Shown here: one piece after another, positions 61,045 through 64,000 of the stretch | Layout: every line of letters begins with the position of its first letter | Numbering within the stretch: position 1 is the first letter of the stretch | Source of the DNA: Eledone cirrhosa | Taxonomy: Eukaryota | Direction of reading: 5' to 3' | DNA length: 64,000 nucleotides | NCBI GenBank assembly: GCA_964016885.1 | Contig: OZ024750.1 | Location: 11,346,001 to 11,410,000 of the forward strand | Made by a program: the position numbers and the translations under genes | The notes under the pieces: model-generated | Told to the model about the DNA's origin: nothing | The model's database searches: none | Seen by the model: the letters and a program-made list of their open reading frames with translations, nothing else

Positions 61045-61434
61045 TTTATAAATCTTTTTAACAAAATTGTCGCACTCTCTCTCTCTCCCTCTCTATCTAT
61101 CCCCCCTCCACTCTGTCTCCCTCTCTCTCACTCTCTCTCTCTCTCTTTCTTTATCTGCCTCACTCAAACCCATCCCCACCCCCAAGGAGAGGAAGAAGTG
61201 TGTGCGAGGTAAAAATTTATCAATCTTCTTAACGAAATTGTCGCGCTCTCTCTTCCCCTCTCTCTCTCTCACCCCTCCACTCCGTCTGTCTCTGTCTCTG
61301 TCTCTCTCTCTTTCTCTCTATCCCTCTCTCTACCTCACTCTCTCTCTCTCTCTCTCTCTCTTTCTTTCTCTCCTTCTTTCTCTGCCTCACTCAATCCCAC
61401 CCCCAAGGAGAGGAAGAAGTGTGTGCAGGGTAAA
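61045..61434. repeat. Local tandem duplication
   Basis: aaattgtcgc(a/g)ctctc...ccccaaggagaggaagaagtgtgtgc occurs twice. Confidence 0.8.
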
Positions 61435-61934
61435 CAAAAATAAATTATTTAATATTGTGAATTATAAAACTGTCATCTCTGAAAGATTAAAACTCCGTTC
61501 TTCCTAATGACTTGAAATAATCGTCATAAAAAGTGCAACAACAACAAATATTTGCATTGATTTGATATGATGGAGAAATTAGTTCTTCAGCTCAGACAAA
61601 TATTCATAAATAAAGTGTACAACACATAAAAATTCATAAATTCAATTGTAAACGTTCTGTAAATGTGCGTCTTCATAAACACGTGTGCGATCACGTGTCA
61701 AATGTCAAAATTGGGAAAGTGATTTTTAAATCATGTAAAAGAAACATTTTTTTTTTTTTGCACTTTTCTCTTCCATTTCACATTTCGAAAAATTCTATTG
61801 AAAATGGCTTCCAATTCTACTGATAACTTATGTGTAACTACATGTTTATATATATTACTTTAAATACATTTATAGTATAAATATATTACTTTAAATATAT
61901 TACTTTAAATACATTTATAGTATAAAATTATTTA

Positions 61935-61969
<35 letters not shown>

Positions 61970-62066
61970 TGTGTGTGTGTGTGTGTGTGATATATATATA
62001 TGTGTGTGTGTGTGATATATATGTGTGCGATGTGTGATATATATATATAAAATATATATACATATA

Positions 62067-62117
<51 letters not shown>

Positions 62118-62127
62118 AATATATATA

Positions 62128-62470
62128 TAAATGTAAGTATGTATGTATGTATACATACATACATATATGTATACAGACGCACAGTAGTATGTATATATAT
62201 ACATACATGCACACATATATATATATGCACGTATCGGTTTACCGAACATTTATTATAATGCTCGGTTTGTTTGTTTGTAAACAAACAAACCGAGCATTAT
62301 AATAAATGTTCGGTAAACCGATACATGCATATATACATGTCTGCATGTATGTATACATACTACTGTGCGTCTGTATACATATATGTATGTACATATACAT
62401 ACATACTTACATTTAAGTAATTGCCGTACTAAGAGTGGGAAATGAAATTTCGTTTCATTCTATTCCAACA
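62128..62470. mobile_element. Family P6 fold-back (~140-150-bp arms) plus 55-bp tail
   Basis: Centre tttgtttgtttgt|aaacaaacaaa ~62278; tail aagagtgggaaatgaaatttcgtttcattc; (TA)n flanks. Confidence 0.8.
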
Positions 62471-62536
62471 TATATATATATATATATATATACATATAAT
62501 ATATATATATATATATATACATATAATATATATATA

Positions 62537-62623
<87 letters not shown>

Positions 62624-62650
62624 ATATATATATATATATATATATATATT

Positions 62651-62714
<64 letters not shown>

Positions 62715-62758
62715 AATATATATATATATATATATATACATATAATATATATATATAT

Positions 62759-62853
<95 letters not shown>

Positions 62854-62951
62854 ACGATTTGTCTGCATTGATTTTGAAAGTGTTCGTAGGTCAATTATTT
62901 TTGAAGTCGCAGCATTAAATCTTAAAAACGGTATAAGACTTTTATAAAACA

Positions 62952-63058
<107 letters not shown>

Positions 63059-63252
63059 CGCGCGCGTGTGTATTACTCTCAATTTCTTTTTTCTACATTA
63101 AGATCTGTTACATTAACTTTACTTGATTTTCAAGGAATATTATATCTTTATTTGATATTTTATATTTTTAGCGACAAGTATTGAAATTATGGATTCTTTG
63201 AAAACGTCCCACGATTATTTCTGTATAATCTTGTAATTCCATAGTAATGCAC

Positions 63253-63309
<57 letters not shown>

Positions 63310-63409
63310 AGAAGGTGGGAGAGAGAGAGGAAGAATATCCAAAGAAAGTGAATGTTTGTGTTGTGTGAAAGAAAGAGAAATCAGATGATAAAATAACTTG
63401 GGTGGGCTG

Positions 63410-63475
<66 letters not shown>

Positions 63476-64000
63476 TGTGTGTGTGTGTGTGTGTCTGAGC
63501 GCGTTAACAGAGGTATTTACTGGTGCAACTAAATGTGTGTGTGTATGTATATGTGTGTGAGTCTGTGTATTTGTTTGTGTTTGTGTGTGTATGTTTGTAT
63601 ATATTTATTTGTGTGTGTGGGTGTGACTCTGTGTGTGTGAGTGTTTGTATATATAAATATATATTATGTGTGTCTGATTGTATGTGTGTCTCTTCGAAGG
63701 AATGTGTGTATCTCTGAATGCGTTAGTAGAGGTATTTACTGGTGCAATTATCTATGATCATTCGCTTCCGAAACAATCGATTTATCTCAACTCTTTCCCA
63801 AAACTTCTAATGAGTTCATTGTAACAAGTAGCCGGCCAATCGATCATAATTTATAAAGGTAATCAGATGTTTGCGTGAGACGGTTTAACTAAACTTTTAT
63901 ATCAGTTTCTTAATGACAAACTGGATTTTTATGAAGAGAGTTCCAAGACAATCTGATAATCAAGAACAATTGGTTTTGTCAACGTTTAATTACAGTTCTT

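Overview
AT-rich, microsatellite-saturated, almost entirely non-coding animal DNA. The SINE set (a CORE-type tRNA-SINE and a second tRNA-SINE family, here family A) plus the extreme (TA)n/(TG)n/(GGT)n load suggest an octopod cephalopod; this is inference, not a database result. Nearly all ORF-track entries are translations of simple repeats. Real coding relics are retroelement-derived: a GC-rich 5'-truncated CRE-clade RT/restriction-like-endonuclease element (44031-45850, one premature stop), an R4/Dong-like C-terminus, two RTE pieces and a Penelope-like N-terminus. Bases 8500-16319 recur at 16520-22640 across a 200-N gap, probably two haplotypes, which exposes presence/absence differences. 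The most striking pattern is a set of unrelated short inserts sitting in (TA)n tracts. Many carry type I hammerhead ribozymes with palindromic stem III, and many form head-to-head fold-backs (arms about 35-698 bp) whose 3' ends face outward into TA repeats, one arm carrying an extra tail. This fits Penelope-like elements priming twice on the self-complementary (TA)n target. A weak candidate pair of host exons lies on the minus strand at 4949-5693.
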